Positions 52,033-64,000 of a stretch of DNA of 64,000 nucleotides are shown here, one piece after another. The stretch is from Octopus sinensis (lineage: Eukaryota). The notes beneath the pieces were generated by a model. The model made no database searches. It saw only the letters and a program-made list of their open reading frames with translations, and was not told the DNA's origin. A program made the position numbers and the translations under genes. Location of the stretch: the NCBI RefSeq assembly GCF_006345805.1, contig NC_043010.1, positions 58,156,001 through 58,220,000 of the forward strand, read 5' to 3'. Position 1 is the first letter of the stretch, and every line of letters begins with the position of its first letter.

Positions 52033-52424
52033 TATTCTTTTATTCTTTCACTTGTTTCAGTCATCTGACTGCAGCCATGCTGGAGCACCGTCTTTAGTCA
52101 AACAAATTGACCCCAAGATTTATTCTTAGCAAGCTTAGTACATATTCTATCAGTCTCTTTTGCTGAACTGCTAATTTTGGGAATGTAAACACACCAACAT
52201 CGGTTGTCAAGTGATGGTAGGGGGCACAAGCACAGACACAAAATGCATACATATATATATATATATATATATGTATATAAGATGGGTTTCTTTCAGTTTT
52301 CATTTACCAAACCCATTCAGAAGGTTTTGGCAGGCGTGAAGCTATTGTAGAAAACACTTGCCCAAGGTGCCACGCAGTGAGACTGAACACAGAACCATGT
52401 AGTTAGGAAGCAAGCTTCTTACCA
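52033..52424 (-). mobile_element. SINE family A
   Basis: Family core and tail; head decayed. Confidence 0.8.
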
Positions 52425-52500
52425 TATATTTGCATATGAATATATATGCACATAAAAGTTGTATATGTATATGTGTGTATATGTATATGTGTGTATATAT

Positions 52501-52534
<34 letters not shown>

Positions 52535-52782
52535 ATATATATATATATATGTATATATGTATATACACATAGGTAAAAGATAGATATTCATGTATATATA
52601 CATATATATAAATGTATACACATATATTTATGTGTATATATAAACATATATACATGTGTATATACATGTATATACATATATTTATGTGTATATATAAACA
52701 TATATACATATATGTATACATATATACACATACATATATATACATAAATATATACATATACATATATTTGTATATATGCATG

Positions 52783-52960
52783 TCTTTTATCTTTTGCTTG
52801 TTTCAGTCATTGGACTGCGGCCATGCTGGGGCAATACCTTTAGTCAAACAAATCGACCCGTGTCTTATTTCTAAGCCTGGTACTTATTCTATTGATCACT
52901 TAATGCTGAACTTCTAAGTTACAGGGACATAAACAAACCAACACAACTGTGAAGTGGTAG
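52783..52960 (-). mobile_element. SINE family A, 3' half
   Basis: Right-arm sequence only. Confidence 0.75.
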
Positions 52961-52988
52961 TACAGAACACACATACACAAAAATACAC

Positions 52989-53044
<56 letters not shown>

Positions 53045-53285
53045 TGTGTGTGTATTTTTTCAATGTGTACAAATAACACAGAAAAAATATATAAATCGTT
53101 ATCAAGGTACCAAAAACTTCACGCAAGTACCAAGGATGTTACAGCCTACTTATAAAGGTAGAAATTCCAGGAATTCCAAGTGAAATGTTTTTGTATAACA
53201 GATAAATAAAGAAATGGAGTTAAAAGCAGGTGTTATTCAAATCTTTGAATAACACCTGTGTTTAACTCTCTCTCTATATATATAT

Positions 53286-53338
<53 letters not shown>

Positions 53339-53413
53339 TAGGTTCAATACCTAGTATATTGGGGAATTAATCTCCTTAGAATAATAGGTGTATATATAAA
53401 AAATATGGTTTAT

Positions 53414-53635
53414 ATTGCAGCGTGGAAGGTGTTTGTAAGCCATTTAAGAAACACACAAAAGCCGTTCGATTCACTTCAACATTTAAGTTTAATTTGTCAA
53501 AATATTTTCGTCGCTAAAATCTGCGACCTGTTCACTGACAAAAATATTTTGACACATTAAACTTAAATGTTGAAGTGAATCGAACGGCTTTTGTGTGTTT
53601 CTTAAATGGCTTACAAACACCTTCCACGCTGCAAT
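53414..53635. repeat. Inverted repeat, 95-bp arms (53414-53508 / 53541-53635), one mismatch
   Basis: Direct reverse-complement comparison. Confidence 0.95.
53493..53542 (-). ncRNA. Hammerhead-like motif with G3:C8 core covariation
   Basis: Minus strand TTTGTCA-GTGAACA-G-GTCGC-agatttta-GCGAC-GAAA-ATATTT-TGACAAA. Confidence 0.5.
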
Positions 53636-54319
53636 TGTATTCGTTCCAGCACACGATCTCAGATCAAATCACTTGCTATGCGAGTACATCTCCGTAAATG
53701 GTTTATATTCATATAAAAGAAGAAAAAGAAAATGGAGATTAGGAAGTTAAAAATTGCTTATTATTAACAGCAAATTAATCCCCTTCACTTACAGCTGTTT
53801 CTGCTAATACTCATTAAACCATAATTTTATATTTATGCGACATGAGCATAAGATCATCACAGGTAAAAAAAGATGTACCTTTGATGCTATATGTGTGTTT
53901 ATGAAGATGTGTGTGTGTGTATTAAGCTACTTTTAGCTTCAATCTATCACATCCACTCAAAGGTCTTTGGTCAGCCCAGCACTTGCCCAAGGTGTCACAC
54001 AGTGGGGTCGAATATTGTAACCATGTGGTTGGGAAGCAAGCTTCTTACCACACAGCCATGATTACACCTTTATATACATATATACATACATATATACATC
54101 TTCCTAAACACACATATAGCATCCAAAGGAACATCTTTTTTTACCTCTAATGATTTTATGGTCATGTCGCGTAATGAGACCATTCTAGTTTTAAACAACC
54201 AAATCTTATGACCACAGTTCATTAAGACTCATGAGAAATCATTAGCCATGGAATTTATTTTGTTCATAAGATCCTTATAATTAAAACTATACATATTGTA
54301 TATATATTTTTTCTGCATT

Positions 54320-54360
54320 TTGTCTGTTGATTACACTTCTCGTTTAACTTCGAACTACAC

Positions 54361-54440
<80 letters not shown>

Positions 54441-54485
54441 CATACATACATACCTATATATACATACATACATATACATACATAC

Positions 54486-54521
<36 letters not shown>

Positions 54522-54581
54522 ACACACATATATATATACACACATATATATATACATACATATATATACAGCCATACATAC

Positions 54582-54618
<37 letters not shown>

Positions 54619-54751
54619 CATACATATATATATATATATATATACATACACACATATATACATACATATATACATATATACATACACACATATATACATA
54701 CATATATACATAAATATATATATATATATACATAAATACATATATACATAA

Positions 54752-54784
<33 letters not shown>

Positions 54785-54860
54785 CATACACACATATATA
54801 CATACATATATACATAAATATATATATATACATAAATATATATATATATGCATGTATGTA
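54320..54860. repeat. (TA)n/(TACA)n array
   Basis: Visible tandem repeats. Confidence 0.95.
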
Positions 54861-55817
54861 TATGGATATCTGGGGAAGGGTGTATATGCTGTTACTTTAA
54901 TAGCTCAAAACAAAATTATGAACAAAAATTATACATACATTTAAGTCAATTAATTTAAATTACAATTAATTATGTAAAAATTCACTTCAGTGATTGCTTC
55001 AAAATAGCATTAAAATACTTCTAAAAATACAAAAATATTAAATGTATGATGAACATCCAGATATATTGCAATTTAATTGACTTACGTGCACATGCATGCG
55101 CACACACACACACACAAATCATAGATGTATGTGAGTCTAAATGGTGCAATTTTAGTTCATCACACTGAAATAAGTTAATCAGTGAGAGTGCACAACAACT
55201 CAATAGGTAGTTGGTGCTATGACTTTAAAGTGAATGAGAATTAAACAGGAAGAACAGGCATTGAATATATCACAGATATAGGAAATATGGTATATTTATC
55301 ATAATTTACCTCAGAGGAAATGGACAAATTTGGCAGGGTGGTTAAAGTATTCCCCACGGCATAGAAAGCCTTATTCTAACTCTGAATTGTAAGTTCAATT
55401 CCCAGCCATGTTATCTTTGATTTTCATCTTTTCAGTGTCATAAAAAACTAGCAGTTGAGAGTAGTGGACTGGTGTCTGTATTCTGAGTTTTATTTTTGTT
55501 CCCAAAATGGTAACACACTTGTCAAGAATGATGAGTGATAGAGAGTCTCAACAACTTGAAAAGAATCAATGGAAACATAGTTTCCTTTGGTAAATCAGAA
55601 GACTGACTGCCCCACACCTAGGGTGGCAAAATAAGGGCACCCACGTATATGAACTTCTTTCAGTTTCTGTCTACCAAATCCCCTCACAAGGCATTAGTTG
55701 TATAAAGAAGACGGTAAATGCTGAAGACGCCACACAAGCTTCTTCACCACAAAGCTACAATGGAAACAGTGTTTATATGTTTACATACATACATACATAT
55801 ACATATATATATACACC

Positions 55818-56044
55818 TTCTTTATTCTTTTACTTGTTTCAGTCATTTGACTGTGGCCACGCTGGGGAAATGTGTTTAGTCAAACAAATTGACTCCAGGA
55901 CTTATTCTTTGTAAGCCTAGTACTTATTCTATCAGTCTCTTTTGCCAGACTGCTAAGTTATGGGAACATAAACATACCAGCATTGGTTGTCAAGCGATGG
56001 TGGGGGACAAAGACATACACACACACACACATGTGTTTAACTCC

Positions 56045-56082
<38 letters not shown>

Positions 56083-56251
56083 TATATATTAGATGGGCTT
56101 CTTTCAGTTTCCGTCTACCAAATCCACTCACAAGGTTTGGGTCAGCCCAAGGCTATAGCAGAAGACACTTGCCCAAGGGGCCATGCAGTGGTACTGAATC
56201 CGGAACCATATGGTTGGGAAGCAAGCATCTTACTACACAGCCACTCCTGCA

Positions 56252-56253
<2 letters not shown>
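55818..56253 (-). mobile_element. SINE family A, full length
   Basis: A/B boxes, core, internal microsatellite and tail. Confidence 0.85.
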
Positions 56254-56309
<56 letters not shown>

Positions 56310-56590
56310 TAGATATAGATATATATATATCTTTTAAATTTGTTTACAGGAAACGTTTTGAATCTGCCAACGAAGCTCATATTCCATTATGCCAGCCACT
56401 GTTGACTGGTGAACCAGTTTTTGGAGATGCTTTGAGCTGTATCGATATAATGTAGCAAGATATAATAAATAATCCCAAGGATTATTGTTATTATTACTAT
56501 ATATATATATATATATATACCGGAGTAAACACATAAATGTGAAACAAGGTGGTTAAAAGAGTATTCAAATACCAGTGGTAGAGTAATATG

Positions 56591-56748
56591 CTTTATTTAA
56601 AGCAGCAGAAAATTCAACAAAACCTATTACTCTGAGTTTCCCGTTGCCGTTCATCGGACAGTTTTTGCTAGCAAAAACTGTCCGATGAACGGCAACGGGA
56701 AACTCAGAGTAACAGCTTTTGTTGAATTTTCTGCTGCTTTAAATAAAG
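56591..56748. repeat. 158-bp spacer-less palindrome (centre 56669/56670)
   Basis: 79-bp arms with 2 mismatches; each arm carries a decayed hammerhead-like motif. Confidence 0.95.
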
Positions 56749-56770
56749 TATATATATATATATGTATACT

Positions 56771-56828
<58 letters not shown>

Positions 56829-56851
56829 ATATGTATATATATATATGTATA

Positions 56852-56884
<33 letters not shown>

Positions 56885-56905
56885 ATATATATTATATATA
56901 TATAT

Positions 56906-56965
<60 letters not shown>

Positions 56966-57074
56966 TAGGTATATGTATCTATATAGAGGTATGATGATGC
57001 AAACAGGAAGAACAGAACCCAGAGTATGAGTATATCGTTTTGTTAATATTTAGCAGAAGTAGGGTACAGAGCTG

Positions 57075-57297
57075 GCAGAATTTTTAGCAAGCTGGGTAAT
57101 ATGCTTAGCAGTATTTCATCTGCTGTTAAGTTCTGAGTTCAAATTCTGCTGAGGTTGACTTTGCTTTTTATCCTTTCAGGGTCAATTAAACAAATACCAG
57201 TTATGCACTGAGGTTGATGTAATTGACTTAATCCCTTTGTCTCTCCTTGATTATCCCCTCTATGTTTAGCCCCTCCTGTGGGCAATAAAGAAATAAA
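57075..57297 (+). mobile_element. SINE family C
   Basis: GAGCTGGCAGAA...GAGTTCAAATTCT...TTTATCCTTTCAGGGTC and the family tail. Confidence 0.75.
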
Positions 57298-58739
57298 TAT
57301 TTAGTAGAAGTAACAGAGTGACACAAGGGTTGAGAGTTTTGTGGGTTGTGTTGACGCTTATGAAAACCTATAAGTGCCCTCAACACATGAAACTCCTGGA
57401 CCTTCAGTCACTCTGTTGCTTCTGCTCACACACCCACACATATATGAATATATATGATTGGACTAAAGAATACTGTCCACATGCTTGTGTCCATTCTATT
57501 TTTTTAATAAATATATTTTATTTAAATTCCACTTTTGTCTGCCCGTCCTGTTTTTACAAGCATTTATAGATATTATAATGGCTTTTGCTGCTTCCATCTC
57601 ACAAAAGGTGTTATCTAAATTCTTTGATATGTCTTTGTGAACTGCATTAGGCCATAGTATAAAACTAGCACACAGCCCCCCACCCCTCTTTCTCAACAGA
57701 AAACTTCACTTTATTTACATTGCAAACAAATATATTCACAGCAAGTGGCTTGTGTGTGTGTGTGTGTGTATACATAATGAAATAATGCCTCTCAACAGGT
57801 AGATGTGTTATTTAATTATGAGACACTTGTTAAAGTAATTAACTAAACCATCACCCCATTACTTCTACCATCTGAAAATAGGAAGGAGGACACATTGCTT
57901 GATGTGATCGAAGATAGATCACAGCTAAATAATACATGAGATGGTTGCAGCTGGAACAACATTAATCAGAGATACGTTGGATGAGAAGTGACTTAGGGCT
58001 AAATAAGAAAATGGAAAAATATCAATGAGGGACAGGTTAATTAATCTACTTCTAAATACACGTCTGAATAGAATATGGGAAGGTAAATGCCTGGTTGTGT
58101 TCGATAATGGGTCTGCTGGATACGATCCAACCTAGATTTAAACAACAATGGCTACATCTGAGAAGAAATTCCAGGTAAACATTCAAAATTTTAAAAAAAG
58201 TGGTATGACAGAGGTTAACCCTGTATCTTTACATTAATATGAGCAGAAAAAGGATTCTCCTATCAAAAGTAAGCAAGTCACAGAGTAAAGTAACAATCTC
58301 TATAGCAACAGCAGAGCAGTTCCACTTCTGTATCCTTTGTCTCTTGGTCTTTTTAGTTTCCTAAAGTTTTTTCATAATCTATTTCTAATGAAGAGGTTGA
58401 TTTATTCAAAACAGCATCAAAGCTTGGCTTGGTTGGTTCGAGGGACTGTGGCAATCCATGACAGATGGAAAGATGTGGGATGTCGACATACAAGGTTTAC
58501 TTCTGATTTGAAAGCAAGTTTATTTAAGGGGACACAACCAATGTTACCCTCATTTACAGCTTTCTTTCTCCTTCCATACACAATGAAGGTTCTATATTAC
58601 CCACTTAATCTGATTGTTGCTGTTTGATAGAAACATGAAACTTGAAGTGGTGTTCATGCGATGGCAACTAAGTCAAGCATAAAAAAACATCAAACAAATG
58701 TACTAACTCTTCTGTCTCCCTGAGGGTCACATGACCTGT

Positions 58740-59390
58740 TGACAAGACCAAACAATTCTATTATACATCAGCATGAAAGTAACTGACCCACACTTCTTTA
58801 TTATGTACCCAACAGCATCAACAGGAGTATGTAGTCTTTATTCTCAGCTAAAGTCACATTGAACAGGGTTGCCAAGTATCACAGTGAGGCGCTGCTAAAT
58901 ATCCATTACTCAAAGAAAACTAAAGACTAATCAGATTGGAATAACAACAATAAACACAACCGAGAGAGAGGAAATATGTTATATGGTACAATCCACCATA
59001 TAACACCACCATAAAAACAGTGTTTTGAGAACTTCACTTCTCTCTTCAGCAACCACTAAGGGCAGCTAGCATTTCACAAGCTGTTCAACTGGAACAACAC
59101 AAAGGTGAGATTCAGCTGTTTAAGAAATGTTGCCAGGGTCATCAAGAGCCACAGTGCAAGTATTTGACAGACACATCAATAACATGAAGAGCCAATATGT
59201 AAATGCTGTGTTGACATTTCCTCTAACAATACCACAACCTGCAACAGAGAACTAACACAAAATAAGAGAACTGCACCAACAAAGCAACTCATTCATCCAT
59301 GATCATCGCCACATGAAAAACACTGAAATTCTATACAAACATATATGAAAATGGAAACATGGGAGTAGGAATCCAACATCATAGGGGCAA
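58740..59390 (+). mobile_element. Second Penelope-like remnant (different subfamily; RT thumb/linker region)
   Basis: Decayed KPNNS..HESN.P, KYVIWYNPPYNT and FHKLFNWNNTKVRFSCLRNVARVIKSH, matching the IIWxNPPY / HKIFNRNTVKVSYSC motifs known from GIY-YIG PLEs. Confidence 0.7.
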
Positions 59391-60223
59391 TTATAGATTG
59401 CCCAGCATTTAGGAATTTGTCACAGTTTTGCAGCTCATGTCTTGCAGAGAAGCTCCCCATCACTCTCCCACTAGATTCTGATTATAAAAAAATGTGTGTT
59501 TATCTAAACTAAATCACTCACAAACATACACTCCAGCCACATTAGATGTGCTGTGTCCACTCACTGCCTTATCTACTGTACTTTGGTGGCCTCTGCACCT
59601 TCCCTGCTCTCAGGTCTCACTCCAAATTCACCCCACCTCCCATACCTCCATCACTCATGATGTGTCAACACCCCACCAGACCTTGTACTGACCCCTAACC
59701 ACTGGAATCCCTCCCCTCTCCCAGTTGTTCCCTTACAATAATTCGAGTACAAATATTAACAACCTCAATTTCACTTCCGCCGCCCGCCTACCATTGGATA
59801 CAGGTACAGCCCCTTAACTCAGATGAAACCAATAATAAAAAAAATGAAACTTCAACACTATCCACGACCATTCAACAGGTTTTATAAACAATGTATTAGA
59901 GTAAAATTTGAGGGATTTTAGCTACAGTTTCTAGCTTGTGGAGGAGTGCTGTAGGATGACACAATGATATTGTTGTTGTTTAATTGTAGGTTAGCACTGG
60001 CTGAGAAGACGAATGATCAAGAGTTCCAGTCATGACCACCTCATAGTTTTTGTTTATTAAAGATTATTATGATGTATCCTTCCTTTATTTAAAACAATAG
60101 CATGTGAGTTGAGGGAATCTGGCTGCTACTTCTAGCAGGGTTTTGTGTCGTAGTGTAAGGGAACTGTGAGATAGTGTTGTGGTGAAGTAATAGTCTGTTA
60201 TTACGGCCATTGTGCAGGGATTC

Positions 60224-60256
<33 letters not shown>

Positions 60257-60833
60257 AGAAATACACATTTGTGTGTGTATGTGTGTGTATGTGTGTGCAC
60301 GTGTGTATGTGCTACACATGAAACTCGGAAAGCTGTTTGAATTAGGTGTAGATGTACTTGATTCAGAGTAGAAAATGTGATTTACATGATTAAAGATTAA
60401 CACACTGTCCTCTCCTTTTCAGCATCTATATAGGTGTGTGTATATAGTTTCACACACACACACACACATATCCATAATATATGTATACACACACATATAT
60501 ACATACATATGTGTGGGTGTGTGTATACACATATCCATATTAATTATACATTAGTATGCATAAAGAAAGATATAAGGAGAATAAAATCTTGATAGAGTGA
60601 TAAATAGGTAAAAAGAGAGAAAGAGAATGAAAGAGAGAGAGAGAGAGAGAGAGAGAGGAAGTGGGAAAAAGAGGAAAGGAAAGTTGCCTAAGAGATTGGA
60701 AGATTTATAAATATAAATATGAAGAGAGATAAATAAATGAACATACATGGCAACAGTTAGGCATATATATATATGTGTATATATGTGTATAGAGAGACTC
60801 ACCCATACATCTACATATGTACGTATGTATGTA

Positions 60834-60870
<37 letters not shown>

Positions 60871-60978
60871 ATCTACACACACACGCATATATATATATAC
60901 ATGTAAATTTATATAGATCATAGAGACTCACCTATACATCTATGTATGTAAATATATATGTATGCACATACATATGTA

Positions 60979-61010
<32 letters not shown>

Positions 61011-61139
61011 CATATATATACACACACATACACACACATATATACATACATAGATCATATATATATATATACACATACATATATACACATGTATATATGC
61101 ATGTATGTATGTATGTGTATATTTCTTTATACATATGTA

Positions 61140-61170
<31 letters not shown>

Positions 61171-61393
61171 GTATGTTGAGAGAGAGAGAGGGAGAGAGGG
61201 AAGAAGGGATATTTTCCTATTCAAGGTTCACAAATTTATCATTCCTCATTATTTCTAAGTATGAAGATGTACAGTTGGATAATGGTTGCATTAGGGGATG
61301 GTACTGCACACACACGCACACACACACACACATTTATACACATACACATCCTTAGACTCATATATGTACATGAACAAAGGCCCATAATTCAAC

Positions 61394-61426
<33 letters not shown>

Positions 61427-61621
61427 TATTGTGAAATAAGATCAACCCATATGACAATGGTGGAAACATATATACAGGCAGATTCATTGATGATGCATGT
61501 GTGTGAGAGAGAGAGAGAGAGACGGACCGAGAGTGATTGTGTGTGAAGTGTGTGTGCATATGCATGTGATAGTTATGCATGTGATGTGTGTATTTCTACG
61601 TAACAATGGTGAATATTACAA

Positions 61622-61671
<50 letters not shown>

Positions 61672-61799
61672 ACTCACATGCACACATTCACTTGCACACA
61701 CATTCACATACACACATACTCACACACTCTTACACACATACACACTCTGGTAGCTATGACTACCTGATCCCCAAGCCTTTACCAAACCACAAGAACATC

Positions 61800-62700
61800 C
61801 CAAGAGGTGGAATATTTTAGTTTCTACCAAACTTTGTCGAAAGTCTAATAATCAAGGAGATTGGAATCAGATAGATGAGGTCTGTCAGAAGAATGTAAGA
61901 GGTTTATGAAGAAAAATGAAACTGCTGTGGTTGGCACTGGTCAATCTATGGAGAAGGCATATAACAGGGTTACTCGCTCGTATGGTGGTCACTGTGGAAG
62001 CTGGGAGTAGATGACTGGCTGGTGAGAGCCATCCAAGCCATGTACAGGAATGTTGCCTATAAGGTGAAAGTCAGCAAGGAGTGATAAATCTAGTGTGTTG
62101 GTAGGAGTTCACCAAAGATCAGTTCTTGGTCTCCTCTTGTTTGTCACAGTCCATCAAAACATAAGAGAGAAATTTAAGACTGGTTGCATTTGGGAGCTTC
62201 TCCATGCCAATGACTTTCGTCCTTATAGATGAATATTTTGTAGAATTAGAGAAGAATTTTCAGGTGTAAGCATGGATGAAGATCACAGGGCCTTAGAATT
62301 AATTTAGCAGAAAACCAAAATCCTAGTAAGCAGGAATGGAGATAAATTACCAATCTCTTCAGGGAAATGGCCCTGCTTGATATGTAGAAAAGGTGGAGAT
62401 AGAAGAAAGGCATGGTTAGAATAGAGATAAGCAGAATGAATTGGGCAGAAAGTATTGGGATGGCAGGGGAAAAACAAATAACGACAACAGTAATAATAGC
62501 TTCTTTGGTTTGCCCTAGGGGACATTACAAGGATGGACAACAATCTGTGTGTGAGTTTACCTATAAGATGAGGAGAAAGACATGGAAAAGATGGTGAAAA
62601 GCAATAAGAGTATAGGTAGCATACAAAGCATGTGATAACATGAACGATATGGTTCTGATATGGGAGGAAGTCCAGTGAGGGTCAATCAGGGAAGCCCACA
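61800..62700 (+). mobile_element. RTE-clade LINE remnant (RT)
   Basis: Decayed VWWSLWKLGVDDWLVRAIQAMY, VGVHQRSVL and KFKTGCIWELLHAND. Confidence 0.8.
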
Positions 62701-62995
62701 GATCCTGGATTGCCCTGACCACCATAGGCATGAGCCCTAATCCTTTCTACTCAAAGCACAAGGTCTGAAAGTAAGTGGGGTGGGGAATAGCCAATAAACA
62801 TCAATCCCAGTTCTCAACTTGTACTTATTAACCCTGAAAGAATGAAATTCAGACAATAAATGAATAATAAAAACCTCGTTAATGTCATTCAATTGAAGTA
62901 GTTCCCCTTATAACTCCAAGGTATCGTTTATTTCTTCTGTGAATTCTGACCAATATTCAGTAAACAATTTATATTTATTATTATTATTATTAATA

Positions 62996-63466
62996 TTAGG
63001 TTGAGGAAAAAGTTCCTGTGCAGAGTTAAAATAATGCTTTTTTTACATATTTTTGTGGTGTGTGTGTGTTCATTCAGTTCATGTCATGTTCAATGGTGAC
63101 TCAAGACTTGTTCGTCGAAAACGTGCTTTGTTTCAACAAGTCAGTGCAAAGCCGCATACTGCCAGAAAGAGCAGCAACAAAATTGAAGAATTGGACGGTG
63201 TGGAAGTTCTACCACATCCAGCCTATAGTCCAGACATTGCTCCATCTGACTACGGTCTGTTCCGATCAATTCAGCACTTTATCAGCGATTTGAATTGTGA
63301 AGTTGAAGAAGCCTGTCAAGAAATTTTCGACTCAAAGCCGAAGGATTGGTACTCTGACCAAATCTCTAGGTTGCAGATCATCGGCAGAAGGTTGTGGAAA
63401 AGAATGGTCTTTATTTTGAAGAATAGTCGTTGGTTTTGAATACAAAAACTTTTTCTTTGAACCTAG
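62996..63466 (+). mobile_element. Internally deleted mariner
   Basis: TIR-like ends TA|TTAGGTTGAGGAAAAAGTT and AACTTTTTCTTTGAACCTAG|TA. Remnant FQQVSAKPHTA...LPHPAYSPDIAPSDYGLFRS. Confidence 0.85.
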
Positions 63467-64000
63467 TATTACTAAGGTGAAAACAAATCAAAGCCATTGG
63501 CAGTGTGGAGAAAATGGTAATTTGTCTGGCTATACATTCTGAGTTCAAATTGTGTTGACTTTGCCTTTCATTTTTTGGGGTTGATAACTTAAGTACCACT
63601 TAAGCACTGGGGTTAATGTAATCAATTTACACACCCTCTCTTAAAAATTGCTGGCCTTATGCCAAAATTTGAAACCTATGTTATTATTATCATCATCATC
63701 CTTATTTCCTTTTTCCTCTCTCTCTCTCTCTCTCTCTGATCTATCTTTCATTTACTCTCCTGTTGACCTTAATATTTGATCTGGTTTATCATTTCAACCA
63801 TTTTTAAAATTCAGAATTTAAAATAAAATAAAATCTATTCATTTTGCAATATTCATAATGAAGCTAAAACGCATTATTTACATCCCTCGCATTTGATGAG
63901 GTTTTCAGCTTCTCTTCCATTAAACAAATGCCAAAAGGTGAAGAATTCTGCACTGGTTGAAGAAGCTCAGGGAAGAAACTTAAGGACCCAGTCAACATTT

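Noticed and set aside
7823-61820. Dozens of long ORFs rich in YI/HT/CV/MY (e.g. 11890-12621, 31297-31998, 54264-54833)
   Set aside because: Translations of stop-free (TA)n/(CA)n/(TACA)n microsatellites; no domain content or splice context.
1-64000. CRISPR arrays, rRNA, prokaryotic operons
   Set aside because: No regularly spaced repeat-spacer array or rRNA-like sequence; the window is intron-containing eukaryotic DNA.

Overview
AT-rich, microsatellite-dense animal DNA, most likely from an octopus/coleoid cephalopod (inferred from the protocadherin style and the repeat families; not verifiable here). It holds one real host coding exon: a minus-strand protocadherin exon (5302..2850; ATG at 5270) encoding a signal peptide, six cadherin repeats, a TM helix and the start of the cytoplasmic tail. 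Splice sites flank it, so its first exon and later exons lie elsewhere. The remaining ~58 kb is fossil and non-autonomous mobile DNA: three tRNA-derived SINE families, RTE and R4/Dong LINE remnants, Tc1/mariner copies, hAT and piggyBac MITEs, a non-autonomous Helitron and two Penelope-like (PLE) remnants. Almost all other ORFs in the track are artefacts of simple repeats. The most interesting unannotated signal is about 15 type I hammerhead-ribozyme-like motifs of several different families. A few have an intact or near-intact core (14110-14195 +, 13582-13666 -, 43328-43375 +, and a G3:C8 variant at 53493-53542 -), and many sit in fold-back inverted repeats, including a ~700 bp palindrome with one hammerhead in each arm. 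Hammerheads in PLE repeats are an established phenomenon. The structures here were folded by eye, and cleavage activity is untested.
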